This document shows positions 27,800-40,786 of a DNA stretch of 64,000 bases, in pieces (the stretch's first letter is position 1; each line of letters opens with the position of its first letter). The notes below the pieces were generated by a model, which had not been told where the DNA came from, ran no database searches, and saw only the letters and a list, made by a program, of their open reading frames with translations. The position numbers were made by a program, and so were the translations under genes. The DNA is from Octopus vulgaris (Eukaryota). Location: positions 103,478,001-103,542,000 of the forward strand of contig OX597818.1 in NCBI GenBank assembly GCA_951406725.2, read 5' to 3'.

Positions 27800-28020
27800 G
27801 TACGAGTGTGTGCTGAAAAGTTCATAGGAGGACTAGGAGACAGTGACGCTAGCGCAGTGAAATCTCGCATAATGTGATGTCGACTCCTTTCGTTAATAAA
27901 TGGATTATTTCTCGCTTGTTAAACTGACATCTAACTCTTCAAAGATAATTTTTAAAATAACTACTAATCACGTCCCTTGAAAATGGACAAAATTTGGCGT
28001 CGTAGTGCTATAAAGTACAC
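27800..28020 (+). mobile_element. Mariner 5' end (TIR and transposase N-terminus)
   Basis: TA-CGAGTGTGTGCTGAAAAGTTC TIR, complementary to GAACTTTCAGCAC at 33302. The ATG at 27983 gives MDKIWRRSAIKY (compare mariner MEK.E.RAVIKF). Confidence 0.7.
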
Positions 28021-28453
28021 TCTGAAAGTACACTCTAACGACAATCGTCCAATTACATTCTCAACCATCATAACTGCTTAACCTCCCAAGCTAACCTTTC
28101 ATATCTATCGACTTTTCTATCTTATCGCATACCTTGTTGTCAACTGAGCATGCTATATCTATGATCCAGAATAGTTTACTTTCTTTCTCAATTAAGACTA
28201 TGTCTAACTTACTATTCTCTATCTCATGACCGCACTGAATCATAAAATACCAGTAAAAGTGGGAGAGTGAAGGCTTTATCTTGGCGGCCCACGATCAAAT
28301 TCATTGACCCAGAATTATCAACCAGTTATGGTCGATGAAAAATACTCGAATACTCCGGAAGGTGCTTTAAAAATAAGAGATGTTACCTTAGTTTAATGGT
28401 AGCGTACAGCTGACACCGTAGCACATCTCCAACGTTAGAAGCTGTGCAAAGAA

Positions 28454-28487
<34 letters not shown>

Positions 28488-28565
28488 GAGATAATGATGA
28501 TGATGATGATGAGGAGGAGGAGGATGACGACGACGACGACGGCGACGACGACGATGATGATGATA

Positions 28566-28602
<37 letters not shown>

Positions 28603-28607
28603 TAATG

Positions 28608-28639
<32 letters not shown>

Positions 28640-28665
28640 GATGATGATAATGATAATAATAATAA

Positions 28666-28696
<31 letters not shown>

Positions 28697-28722
28697 AAGA
28701 AGAAGAAGAAGAAGAAGAATAA

Positions 28723-28753
<31 letters not shown>

Positions 28754-28797
28754 AAGAAGAAGAAGAACAACAACAACAACAAGAACAAGAAGAAGAG
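28454..28797. repeat. Compound trinucleotide array AAT/GAT/GAG/GAC/AAT/AAG/AAC
   Basis: Direct. Confidence 0.95.
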
Positions 28798-29044
28798 TAT
28801 ATTGAACTGGACTGATCAAATAAGTATTATACAATATTTTCATATTGTATTAGAGAAATGAAATCTATCATTTCCTAAGAATGAAATTATCTAACTTCTG
28901 AAAAGCTAATTTAAGGTCTACAAAATACAAACTTTGAAGAAGACGGTCTACACTGTTACTAGTTCGCTCTAGGTTCTTACTATTATATAATTTAAACATA
29001 AACATTATGATTATCTCTGGCATAAGATCACAAAATAGTCTTGG

Positions 29045-29348
29045 CTTTTTATCTTTCAGGTATCATTTATTAGATTTCGGCCTTGCTTAGGCGTCTCGTT
29101 GAAGGCGTCTAGTCCCAGGAATTCAGCCTAGTACTAATTTTATAAAGCGTGGGTCTTATATATTTGGTCTCTTTTAGCTAGGTCATGAGGACGAACAAAC
29201 CAACGGTGTTGAGATACAAACGCAAGCACGTATACACATATTGGAACTTGTTATAATGAAAGGCATTTGCCAAATTTACCAGGCTTGAGACTGAACCCAG
29301 AACTATATGGATTAGAAGCAAACTTCTCATCATATCACTACACCTCCG
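29045..29348 (-). mobile_element. SINE family A, old degraded copy
   Basis: Partial matches to the head (ACTGAACCCAGAAC) and body (TTGGTCTCTTTTAGC). Confidence 0.5.
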
Positions 29349-29527
29349 CTTTTATAAATTATTGAAAATTAAAAATAAATACGGAAGTTGTACATATGTA
29401 ATTAACTTACTGGTAATACAAGGTTGATATCATCATCTGTTGCCTGAATATTCTTATACAAGTAGCATAGAGTTCATTTTTAAACGATTCCTTAGCAATG
29501 TAAATATTTTCGTTATATATATATACG

Positions 29528-29604
<77 letters not shown>

Positions 29605-30137
29605 CAACTGTAATTTTGTAAAGCTGACTATAAATGGTGTTACAGCTTCGAGATATAGAAGACAACTCGTTGGAATATCAAAACAAGCATATGAAATTAT
29701 AAACGAGAATTAAAATAGATAACTGTCCATTAGGAAATAATTTATAAACATACATAAGAAAATAGTTTTGATACGATTCGGTTTACTGTTGCCATATAAA
29801 ATGGTTTCGTTATCATGTTAAGGTATTCTTAATTTCATATTACCCTATTGCAAATACTATTTGGTATTGCATAGGATGTGAAAGCTTCAACGGCCTCCAG
29901 CTACCTGTATAAATATATCTGGATTTCTTATTCTCTCTGCGTTTCTATACTCATGAATAAATCTATTTCGAATTTCTATATATATTCGTGTAAAGACAAT
30001 TGCTTGTACACAGCCAGGCACAAACACACACACACACACACACACACATACACACACACACGCAAACACACCCATATACACATACATACGTAAAAATTAT
30101 ATATATGCATACCTGCATACATGCATACATATGTATT

Positions 30138-30235
<98 letters not shown>

Positions 30236-30366
30236 TATACATATATATATATATTAATAAAAGGAATTCCAACCTTGTCTGATTTTCACATTTTATTTAC
30301 AATCTTATAATGATATAATATAAGATAATAGAATATAATAAAATAATAGAAATGTTCATTCTGAGA

Positions 30367-30409
30367 GAACTAGTACTTTCATGCATTAAATTATGCAATC
30401 TTCAGGTTC
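30367..30409 (-). ncRNA. Minimal type I hammerhead ribozyme motif
   Basis: Minus strand GAAC-CUGAAGA-U-UGCAU(AAUUUA)AUGCA-U-GAAA-GUAC-UA-GUUC. Stem I GAAC/GUUC, 5-bp stem II, palindromic stem III AGUACU, CUA cleavage triplet. Confidence 0.65.
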
Positions 30410-31654
30410 GTGTAGTAGTGGTGATAGTCATACAATTTTTGACTAGCGAGATGGTTAAATCTGTGCTTTAAATACAGCTCTGTGGGCTCCAGATTGCTAG
30501 GGTTTGCAAACTGTATTCTGACCAATCAGTGTGTAGCATCACTAAATTACTTAAGCTGATTGGTTGGTTTAGGCATCACGCTTTGTTGAACATGTCAAGA
30601 GTCGTGTATCTTAACCCTGGCCGAGGCAGCAATGGGTTCGAATTTAAAGCTAAATAAGCATTAATAATAATAATACTTAGAGGTACTACTTCTACTGCTA
30701 CGACCATGACCACTAACAACAACAACAATACTAAAGGTGTTCAAGGTGAAGATAGCAGGAAATTTATCTTATTTAGGGTTAAAAGTTCTATTGCCACCAC
30801 CATCACCACTAGCAACAATAATTAAGGTGCTGACAATGATGATGATGACAATTGAAATATAAAAATCCCTGACAAAGGCTATTTACAACATTTCTAAAAA
30901 TAACCCAAGAATTGATATAAGTTCAAGGCGAATGAATGTATTTGTAAGTGTATAGAAAGCCGTGTGAAGGGGTTCCTACCCCCTCGTAGAATGGTGTAAG
31001 AATTGAATGCGAGGTTGCCTTGAAAAGAGCCATGTTATTGTTCTCATAATTGTGAGAATTTGATAGTCGTGGAAGGCGGTGTAAAACGTTCGCAGGTGAA
31101 TAGGGTTTCTTCGTTTTCCACGAACGGCAGCGGATGTGCTGTTACAAAACTTCATGGTGTGTCAAAAGAGAATGGATGCCCTATGTGGGCAAGAGGGGAA
31201 TTAAGTATGGGTAAGTATATATGGGTAATTTATAAAATATAGAACAATACCATCTACTCACCATATGTCAGACCGGCAAGACTGTAGTGGTACTGAATAG
31301 ATGAATCACAACACAGTGGTGGAGATGTTTTCTTTGATGGGCGTTATGATTAAATTTGTTGTTGTATAAAATGATCTGTTGCTTAGTTTCCAAAGTATAT
31401 GTTGCGATCGTGTTGTCGCTTATGTAAACTTTAAGAGTGAGAGTGTAGATGTAGGGGGTAGATGTGTCATGTACGTTGGATATAGAAGATGAGGCTGGTG
31501 GTTTGATGATGAATGGATAGAAACAGAGGTGAGCGAAGGACAGGTTAAGTATGAATTAATGTCATGAAACGCCTAAAAATGTAATGTCATCATAAAAGAG
31601 AGTCGTATGTAAGTGAAATATTAACGTGTTCGAAAATGATGAAACATAGTAATC

Positions 31655-31851
31655 CTATAAAACCCCCTTGTACACAATGTTTTTTGTTTTTCGTTGTGGA
31701 ACGAATGCGAAAGCAACACTGTTGCGGCCGACACGCGAGCAGGCAACATAAAGCTGACCATCAGAGAAACATGGCTCTCCCAAATGTATTCCCGACACAG
31801 ACAGTGTTTGACCCTGCGCTTTGTTAATTGACATTGCGAAACATGGCCTTA
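31655..31851 (-). pseudogene. Helitron RepHel PIF1-helicase C-terminal remnant
   Basis: CFAMSINKAQGQTL...CFSDGQLYVACSRV...KTKNIVYKGVL* matches PIF1 motifs V/VI as found in Helitron helicases. Confidence 0.85.
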
Positions 31852-32842
31852 CATCTACACATAAAATGCAAAATACAAAGTTATATCTTGATATCGCTAG
31901 TGTTAACAATACTCAAAATATATAACAGACTGGAATTGTAGGCCCGTCTCTTGCAATTTCGATCAATTGGATCTTGTTCACCCTCTCGTATAGAAGTGTA
32001 CGGCTGCAGCGAAATTCATTTTTGGACTTTCTTCTATCGAAGGCATTTTAACAAAAATGGTTCCGTAAAGACGGTTAAAATATTGTCAATTTCCCCAAAC
32101 AGGGACACGATTCAATTTTTAAACAATAACCAAAGCCCCTTCTCCGAAAGGGGGTGTTTTAACAATGGTATAAATGTGTACATATATATGTGTACATATA
32201 TATATATACATGTGTACAACGTTTCCCTGACGAGGAACCAACACACGTGATTACAATAGTCAAACAGTAATAATAATAACAAAAACCTTTTTAATTTATT
32301 CCCATTTATGTGAAACCACTTATTCAAGTTCAAGTCATTGATGCAATTTTATACGAATTGCTAATACACACACACACACACACACACATAATAAGGGTGA
32401 AAAATTGAATATTAATTTGATTAATATGAATTGAAAACCAGTGGTGTAGCATATAAGACCATAGCGAATCTTCCTCTAGCAAAAAGGATGACCACTATTA
32501 ATGGCTCATCCCTGTTATATAATACTTTCACTTTAATAGTTTCACACTTGCAAAGAGAAAGTAGGAGAATGTGTGGTGGTTATAGCAGGAGTAAACCACT
32601 TGAAATCGTAAAATATTGGGTTTTCTCGAATTTTTGCTTAATTGGGGGTCAAATTGAAAAAACTTTACATGCCATGACCCAATCGAATCTACTTGGAAAA
32701 ATCATAGGTAAATTCCAATTGAAGAAATTTATATTGCAGAATTGTATTAAAAAGAAACATGGGAACAGGCAGAGAAAATCTGCCTTTTATCATAAGAGAT
32801 ATATATGTATATATATATATATCTTTGTATGGATTAATTTGC

Positions 32843-32885
<43 letters not shown>

Positions 32886-32966
32886 TGTGTGTGTGTGTGT
32901 GTGTGTGCAAATTAATCCATACAAATATGTATGTATATATATAGATGTATATATATATACATATAC

Positions 32967-33024
<58 letters not shown>

Positions 33025-33106
33025 CAGGTATATATATATATAGATAGATAGAGAGAGAGATACACATATATATGTATGTATCTATGCATGTATACACACA
33101 CACTCA

Positions 33107-33324
33107 ATAGGGGTGCTCAAAAATTGGTAGCGTTAATGGTATCGCAAGTGTCGGGGTTGGGATCCCAACTTTTCGAGTTCTTTAACAGGGCTCAGAAAAA
33201 CTGAAGGACTGTTGCAATAACTGTGTGAATCTGAGGAGTGAATATGTTGAAAAAAAAACGGGAATAACTAATATTCCTATATTTTTTTAATCTAAAGCCA
33301 GGAACTTTCAGCACCCATTCCTAT
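33107..33324 (+). mobile_element. Internally deleted mariner, same family as 303-516
   Basis: GLRKLKDCCNNCVNLRSEYVE (frameshifted C-terminus) and right TIR CCAGGAACTTTCAGCACCC. Confidence 0.7.
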
Positions 33325-33354
33325 ACACGGGTGGGTGGACAAATGAAAGAAACT

Positions 33355-33698
33355 GGCACGCAAGTGTCTTCTACTGTAGCTTCGGGCCGACCAAAGCCTT
33401 GTGAGTGGGATGGTAGACGGAAACTGAAAATAGAACGTCGTATATATGTATATATGAATATATGTATATATGTATATATGTATGTGTGTGTGTTTGTGTG
33501 TTTGTGTTTGTTCCCCCAACATCGCTTAACAACTGATGCTGGTGTGTTTAAGTCCCCGTACCATAGCGGCTCGGCCAAAGAGACCGATAGAATAAGTACT
33601 ATTGCAAAAAATAAGTCATGGGGTCGATTTGCTCGACTAAAGGCGGTGCCCGAGCATGGTCACAGTTAAATGCTTGAAACAAGTAAAAGAGTAAAAGC
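33355..33698 (+). mobile_element. SINE family A, 5'-truncated
   Basis: Body, internal microsatellite and 3' tail match the other copies. Confidence 0.85.
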
Positions 33699-34207
33699 GT
33701 ATATGTATCCGAAGCTTCATCTTCCTGGGATACTGCTTAGGTTGTTCTGAAGAAAACATTTATATAGGAATAGTATGTATAACATAACTAATATTTTGCC
33801 GAACCGTCGGTTATAATTTTTAACGGTGAAATTAGTTCACGTGTCGTTTTATTCATTAACGCTCTCCAGCCACTGCTAATCAACATGTCATGTATCTTAT
33901 TTCTTCTAGATGGAGAAAGGATAAAACTTTAGGAGGGTAGGTTAGCCGTCTACATCGATCCACGATTTTCGCTGGTGCGTATTTTACGAGCATTGAAGGG
34001 AGGAAAAGCAAAGCAAATCCCATGCATAATTAAAATCAGAACGTAAAGCCAGAAGTAATGCGGCTACACTACCCACTCGCCTGGGTAATTTTAAAATGCA
34101 TATTACTTCCAAATTTACGTACAACTCCAGAATGTTCTGGGTGTGTGGGTTCATCGATTACAATGACCCCCAACGATCAACTGATAATTATTTTATTGAC
34201 TATGAAA

Positions 34208-34360
34208 GGAGGCCGAGAAAAAAAACGCTTAGCAGCATTTCGTCTGAGTTGAAATTCCACCGAGATCAACCTTGCTTTTCGGAGGTCGATAAAATAAGTA
34301 CAAGTCGAATACTGGGGTCCCATAAAATTTCACGCCTTGTTCCTATAGCAGGTGGGATTA
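34208..34360 (+). mobile_element. SINE family B, degraded
   Basis: GAAATTCCACCGAGATCAAC...GGTCGATAAAATAAGTAC. Confidence 0.65.
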
Positions 34361-34396
34361 TTTCGATTACATTAGCCAGTTTGGTTTGTGTCAACC

Positions 34397-34770
34397 AATG
34401 AATAAATATAACGAAGGCAATAGATATAATTTAGTCAATAATATGCAAAAAGTGGACACTTTAATATAAACAATTCCGTTTATCAAGTCCGAAAGCTAGG
34501 CGGAAATTATTGATGTAATATGTTACATCTGATTATTATAATTCTAATAGACATTTTATTAATTCTTGGTAAGGTAAGAATTAAATTGATTAAATTGGCT
34601 GATGTTTATTCACGTTATTTATTGAATTAACCAGAAAATGACATATTGTACCCTAATTTCTTTTCTTGTCCCTTCGCGACTCTGCAAATCGAACTTGTTT
34701 ATATTGAAGTGTCCACTTTTGCATATTAATGACTAAATTATATGTATTGCCTTCGTTATATTAATTCATT
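34397..34770. repeat. Long terminal inverted repeat element (MITE- or foldback-like)
   Basis: AATGAATAAATATAACGAAGGCAATAGATATAATTTAGTCA...GTGGACACTT versus AAGTGTCCAC...TGACTAAATTATATGTATTGCCTTCGTTATATTAATTCATT. Confidence 0.8.
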
Positions 34771-36186
34771 TTTAAAATAATTTTTTACCCCAAGTATAAG
34801 AAACTGAATTATTCTGATGAACTATCAGTACAGTAGGTTGTCATTTGTTTCTATTCCAAATTGTATAACATTGAAATTCACTTACAAATCACATTCGTCT
34901 TATATAAAGATATTAATATGTTAGATTAAGAAGTACGTTTCGTTGTCAGTTGATTTAGTATAAATCTTAATGCGCGACAGCTTGACTAAACACTTATAGG
35001 TCATCCAGATGTTCAGCGGACTTAATAAATCAAATTTAGCAAAAGCAGACTTTGCGGAGAAAACTGTTCTATAAATCATGACAATGTTCACCCTCTTTCA
35101 ACCAGGAGATGAGTATTGCTCTATATCTTGATACTCTCTTCCTAAATACTGAAACTCAAGACTCAGCTTCAGCTACACCCATCTCCCACCACGCAACTAT
35201 CTGAAAAACCCTACAAATTACCATGGTGCTCAACCGTTTTATTTCTTGTGAACCATAGTAAATGTCGCATTTAGTGCATTAGCAAAAAACGAAATGATCA
35301 ATTTTATTTCATTTACCTTATCGACGAGACAAATAAGCGGCCTCGGCGTAGAGAGAATCTGTAGGCGTGCTATTTTCACTTAACACATTCGCCTTTTTGC
35401 TGTTAACGTTTAGCTTCACTCAAATTGATAACATCAACGTCTATAAATCATCTATAAAATTTTGGCCCGAAGTAAGAAATCAATAAATAATTTGAAATTT
35501 AAAAGAAAACTAAAATGGTATGTTCATTTATAAAGGATTCAAGGAGGTAATATTTAGTTAATGTGTAACCTAGGAATCACAAACATCAATAAAGAATAAA
35601 AGGGCCAAATACCATCGGAAGACGCAGACAACAATCTGTCTTTACTGATAAAGAGCACTGAACATTTTCTCACTTTGAGACTTCAAACGTTTGAATGTCT
35701 TATTGAAAGCTTAATGACGTTCTGTTTTGACTAGATCAAGCAGCCTCCCCGCAGTTGTCTGAATGTCAGATGGCTGCTCATATCATACATAATATTTGCA
35801 TTTCTTTTTGTATCATAGTTTACTTTCCTTGATGTCAATCAGTACTATGACAGAATAATAATATCAATAATAACAATTAAAATGATAAAATAATGATAAT
35901 AATAATAATAATAATAATAATACTAATAATGTAAATATTTTATGGTTTTCGTTTTCTTTGATAATGTACTACCAAGTGTGCTGATGTTGCTGACGCTACT
36001 ACAGCTAATACTCCAACAAATGTTACTACTGCAGCTGCTGCTACTAATACTACAACTAGCACCTCGATGGAAACCACCACAACGAGTAAGAAGAAATAAG
36101 CAGGAGATGCAGAATCAAAGAAGAATAATATTCTTGACTATCATTCGGATGAATCTTATGAAGAGAAACAAAATAAACGAAACTAA

Positions 36187-36187
<1 letters not shown>

Positions 36188-36268
<81 letters not shown>
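36188..36268. repeat. (AAT)n microsatellite
   Basis: Direct. Confidence 0.95.
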
Positions 36269-36271
<3 letters not shown>

Positions 36272-36902
36272 TCAATAATAAATAACGCGTATAAAACAAA
36301 ACGAAACAGTTCATTTCGTATTAAAGTTTGAACTTCTGTAATTAGTTTAAAGCGGATTCATTCAGCCAATTATTAAGACCAATACATAAAAGCTAAAAAG
36401 GAAAGAAAGAAAAAAAAGCAACAGCTAAAACATTCATTATTTTAATTAACAAACTGAAAGTTTGTTAATGTAATTATGATCATCGGAAGAAGCAATAATT
36501 CGAAATTATCCTTTTCCCTGCGTATTGATTATTAGATAGGCTTAATTGCCTTTCTATAAGACGTAGTCGTTGATCAACGAAAATGTTCGTAGATGAAATG
36601 TGTGTCTTCCATATGATAACGCCTTTAGAGTAGCTGCGAACGAGATTTGAAACAGATGTATGTGTTGGCAACTTTAGCGAGATAAGGTTGAGAGTTTTGT
36701 GAATAATGTTGGAAGATGCGAAATAGAGTGTAAAATTAAATAAATAAATGAATGAATAAATAAATAGATAAGTAAATAAAATTTGGGCTGCGAAATTCTT
36801 TCAGACAGAATACTGAAGAAAACGAATAGTATATATTAAAACGCATTAGAGAGGAATGCTTCCTTTTTTGACAAGATTTCTCTGTTATACACATATACAG
36901 GC

Positions 36903-36975
<73 letters not shown>

Positions 36976-36993
36976 TATATATATATATATATA

Positions 36994-37027
<34 letters not shown>

Positions 37028-38179
37028 TTATATGTACTTACACACATACATATATATATGTATATGTACATATATATGCATATATATATATACTTATGCA
37101 TACATACATATTTATGTATATGTGTATATATATACATATATATGTATATATATGGGTGGGTGTGGGTGGGTGTGCGTGTGTGTGTGTGTGAGTGGGTGGG
37201 GGACAAATATAAAAGCAGAGTAAATCACTTTACTTTAAAGGTGATTAACATTTCGCGGAATGGAGGACAGAAACACAGAACGCTAGAGTGTCGAAACGAG
37301 GATAATTTATTAGAGGGAGTGAATGGAGAGAAATGAAAGATGAAGACTGTTAGATAAAAATATATAGAGAGAATTAGGAAAGATTTAGAGATTTGTGATT
37401 TTAGCAACAGTAGTTTACAATTAAACAGGAGTCGAATTAATGCGTGAGGTAATGAGGAGTCTCTAGCTTAAGATCATATAAGAGAAAAAGATATAAAATT
37501 TCTGTGTGGCGAATAATTTATTGAAGAGATATATATTAATGTGTTAAGAAAGATAAGTTAATAAATCTGTTATGATCGATTTTATTCATATGACGCTAGA
37601 TAAAATTGCAGAGGAATAGAGGCGATATTTTAGATTGGGAATAAAAGAGAGAGAGAGAGTGGGAGAAGGGGGAATGAAGGGTGGTTAGAATGAGGAAAAT
37701 CGATAGTGAATAAGATGAAGAATATGAAGTCGAAGTTGTGAGTGGTAGAAAAAGTTAAGAGAACAAGCAGTGTGATATGGGAGGAAAGTACGGGAAAATG
37801 AAAAAAAATGCGTACCTTGGGCTCTGTATGAGTATGAACAAGTTTATCAAGGTAATATAATATATGAATATTTTATATCTTAAGATGGGAATGAATAAAG
37901 AAATATAAAAGCTAGAGCACTACACAGCAAGGTATGAAGAGCGGAAAGAGAGCGAAACAATGACGAGTAACATAATGAGTGTGTGTGTCAGTGTGTGCGA
38001 AGAGCAGAGGTTCGTTGGTTCAGCTTACATGTTCACTGGATAATTCTCTGAGAAGGAATCTTCTAATTCGTTCTTTGACATCCTAAAGTCAATCGACGAA
38101 AGTTCCCAACAGGTTCCTAGGTTAAAGTATGCAAATGCCAACAATGTGTGGCATTGTGTGTGCATTATGTGTATCATTG

Positions 38180-38228
<49 letters not shown>

Positions 38229-38230
<2 letters not shown>

Positions 38231-38565
38231 CGTAATGAGATAAAAAAACCAAGACTGTATAGATATTAGTTTCCTCTCACACCGTCTCCGATGAAGGCAT
38301 ATTATTATTAATTAATATTCTAGAAACAGCTGTAATACCTTCTGTCTCTAAATGCTCTAATATCTATACATCCTTGTTTTTTTATCTCATTACGCAAAAA
38401 ATCCATATATAGACACGCTGACATAGAACCAAACTTGAACCCTTTATTCGCAATATTACTGATTCCGGAACTTAAATATGGTCTGTCTATAGCACTTATT
38501 TAGAATTACCTAACACCTTTGGGTCTCAATGGCACCATTATCTCTTATAATCTCAACTTCTCGCT
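38229..38565. mobile_element. Penelope-like pLTR, second copy of the 25.9-kb family, with short inverted 5' arm
   Basis: 38229-38270 is inverted versus 38357-38396. GTCT-CCGATGA...AGAAACAGCTGTA at 38284-38338. Confidence 0.65.
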
Positions 38566-38590
38566 TATATATATATATATATATATATAT

Positions 38591-38956
38591 AGGAGTGTGG
38601 TAAGTAGCTTGCTTACGAACCACATGGAACCTTGGACAAGTATCTGCTACTCTAGCCTCGGGCCGGCCAAGGCCTTGTGAGTGGATTTCGTAGATGGAAA
38701 CGGAAAGAAGCCCGTCGTATATATGTATATATGTATGTATGCGTGTAGATATGTGTCTGTGTTTGTCGCCCCAACATCGCTTGATAACCGATGCTTGTGT
38801 GTGTACGTCCCCGAAACTTAGCGGTTCAGTAAAACAGCCCTATAGAATAAGTACTAGGGTTTCAAAAATAAGTCCCGGGGCCGAATAGCCGGACTAAAGG
38901 TGGTGCTCCAGCATGGCCGCATTCAAATGACTGAAACAAGTAAAAGTGTAAAAGAG

Positions 38957-38957
<1 letters not shown>
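38591..38957 (+). mobile_element. SINE family A, near full length
   Basis: Head, body and tail GGTGCTCCAGCATGGCCGCATTCAAATGACTGAAACAAGTAAAAG. Confidence 0.85.
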
Positions 38958-38989
<32 letters not shown>

Positions 38990-38995
38990 TATAGA

Positions 38996-39083
38996 GATGT
39001 ACTTGCATAGCAAGTGATTTGATCTGAGATCGTGTGCTGAAGCGAAAACAATTGCAACGTGGAAGGTGTTTGTAAGCCATTTA
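38996..39083. repeat. Dispersed repeat fragment shared with 57343-57512
   Basis: ATGTACTTGCATAGCAAGTGA...GATCTGAGATCG...ACAATTGCAACGTGGAAGGTGTTTGTAAGCCATTTA. Confidence 0.75.
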
Positions 39084-39085
39084 TG

Positions 39086-39125
<40 letters not shown>

Positions 39126-39126
39126 A

Positions 39127-39174
<48 letters not shown>

Positions 39175-40011
39175 TTTCACTTGTTGATGCTGTCCTGTGT
39201 ATTTTTCATTTTATACATATTCATAATCGACGCCTCGCAGCCTTGACCACAGTAAGTTCTTGCTTATATACATATAATTTCTGCAAATACACACGGTTTT
39301 CTTTACTTCTCTTTATCCCACTTTAACCTTCTTTCTTTCCCCTATCTTTCTTCCAAACACCACTATCTGTCGTTATTTCTCCTTCCTCCTCACTTGTTTT
39401 GTTTCTTTCACTCATCCTTTGTTCTGTCCCCATTCTCCTCTACCACTCATACTCACACGTCACTATAGGCTATTTCTCGGCTCCCTTTCTTTTCTGGACC
39501 AGATGTGCATTAGGTTGGATGTCATTTTTCTCGGCTCTCGAGATTTTTTCGTCTGCCTTTTTCTTCTACCATTTTCTTCTCTCATCTAATTATTATAATT
39601 TACTATTGTCTTCTCTTATATTATTCTATTTCCTTAACCAAAATACCTCCCGGGCGTTAGTCATTACAATTTGTCTTGACCTAATTGTCTTTAATGTTTG
39701 TCTTCGTCGACTGTTTACTCTGTACGTCCATCGTGCCGTTGTTTGTTCGTTCGAAGCTCTAACTCTCCATGAATTTTATATTTTAACAATTTCTGGATGA
39801 TGCTGTCTTATGAAGTTAACTATATTGTAGTTAAAACCATGAAATAGCAATAATAAACAGTCCGATAATTGATGAGGAGTTATCTTCTTTTGATATGTTG
39901 TCATGTGCTTTTCTCTTGTGTGTGTACGTATTTTCCACTCAGGGGTCATGTCCTGTACACAACGTGTATTTTCATATATAATATGTGTGTGTGAGCGTGT
40001 GTGTATTGTAC

Positions 40012-40199
40012 GCTACCATAGCTTGACATCCGACGTTCGTGTGTTTACGTCCTCGTAATTTAGCAGTTTGGCAAAAGAGCCCGATAGAATAAGTACGAGG
40101 CTTACAAAGAATAAGTCGATGTAGTCGATTTGTTCGACTAAACGCGATTCTCCATCATGGCCGCAGTCAAATAATTGAAACAAATAAAAGAACAAAAGA

Positions 40200-40200
<1 letters not shown>
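40012..40200 (+). mobile_element. SINE family A, 3' half
   Basis: GGCAAAAGAGCCCGATAGAATAAGTAC...CATGGCCGCAGTCAAAT. Confidence 0.8.
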
Positions 40201-40580
<380 letters not shown>

Positions 40581-40753
40581 ACATAGAGATGGACGAAATG
40601 CAGTTAAACATTTTGAAAGGAGTAGCTAATTATCCTCCCTGTTCGTTGCACGCTTGATCTTCAAAAATATATAACACGTAGTTCAATATGGGCATTCACA
40701 TTTTACACTACGCGGCTATTTCTAACTCGTATATAAATACACACACACGCGTA

Positions 40754-40786
<33 letters not shown>

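Noticed and set aside
32431-32976. 181-aa ORF
   Set aside because: TTG start, a microsatellite-derived C-terminal third, and no domain.
35942-36331. ORF with an apparent signal or transmembrane stretch
   Set aside because: Derived from degenerate (CTA/CTG)n and (AAT)n low-complexity sequence.
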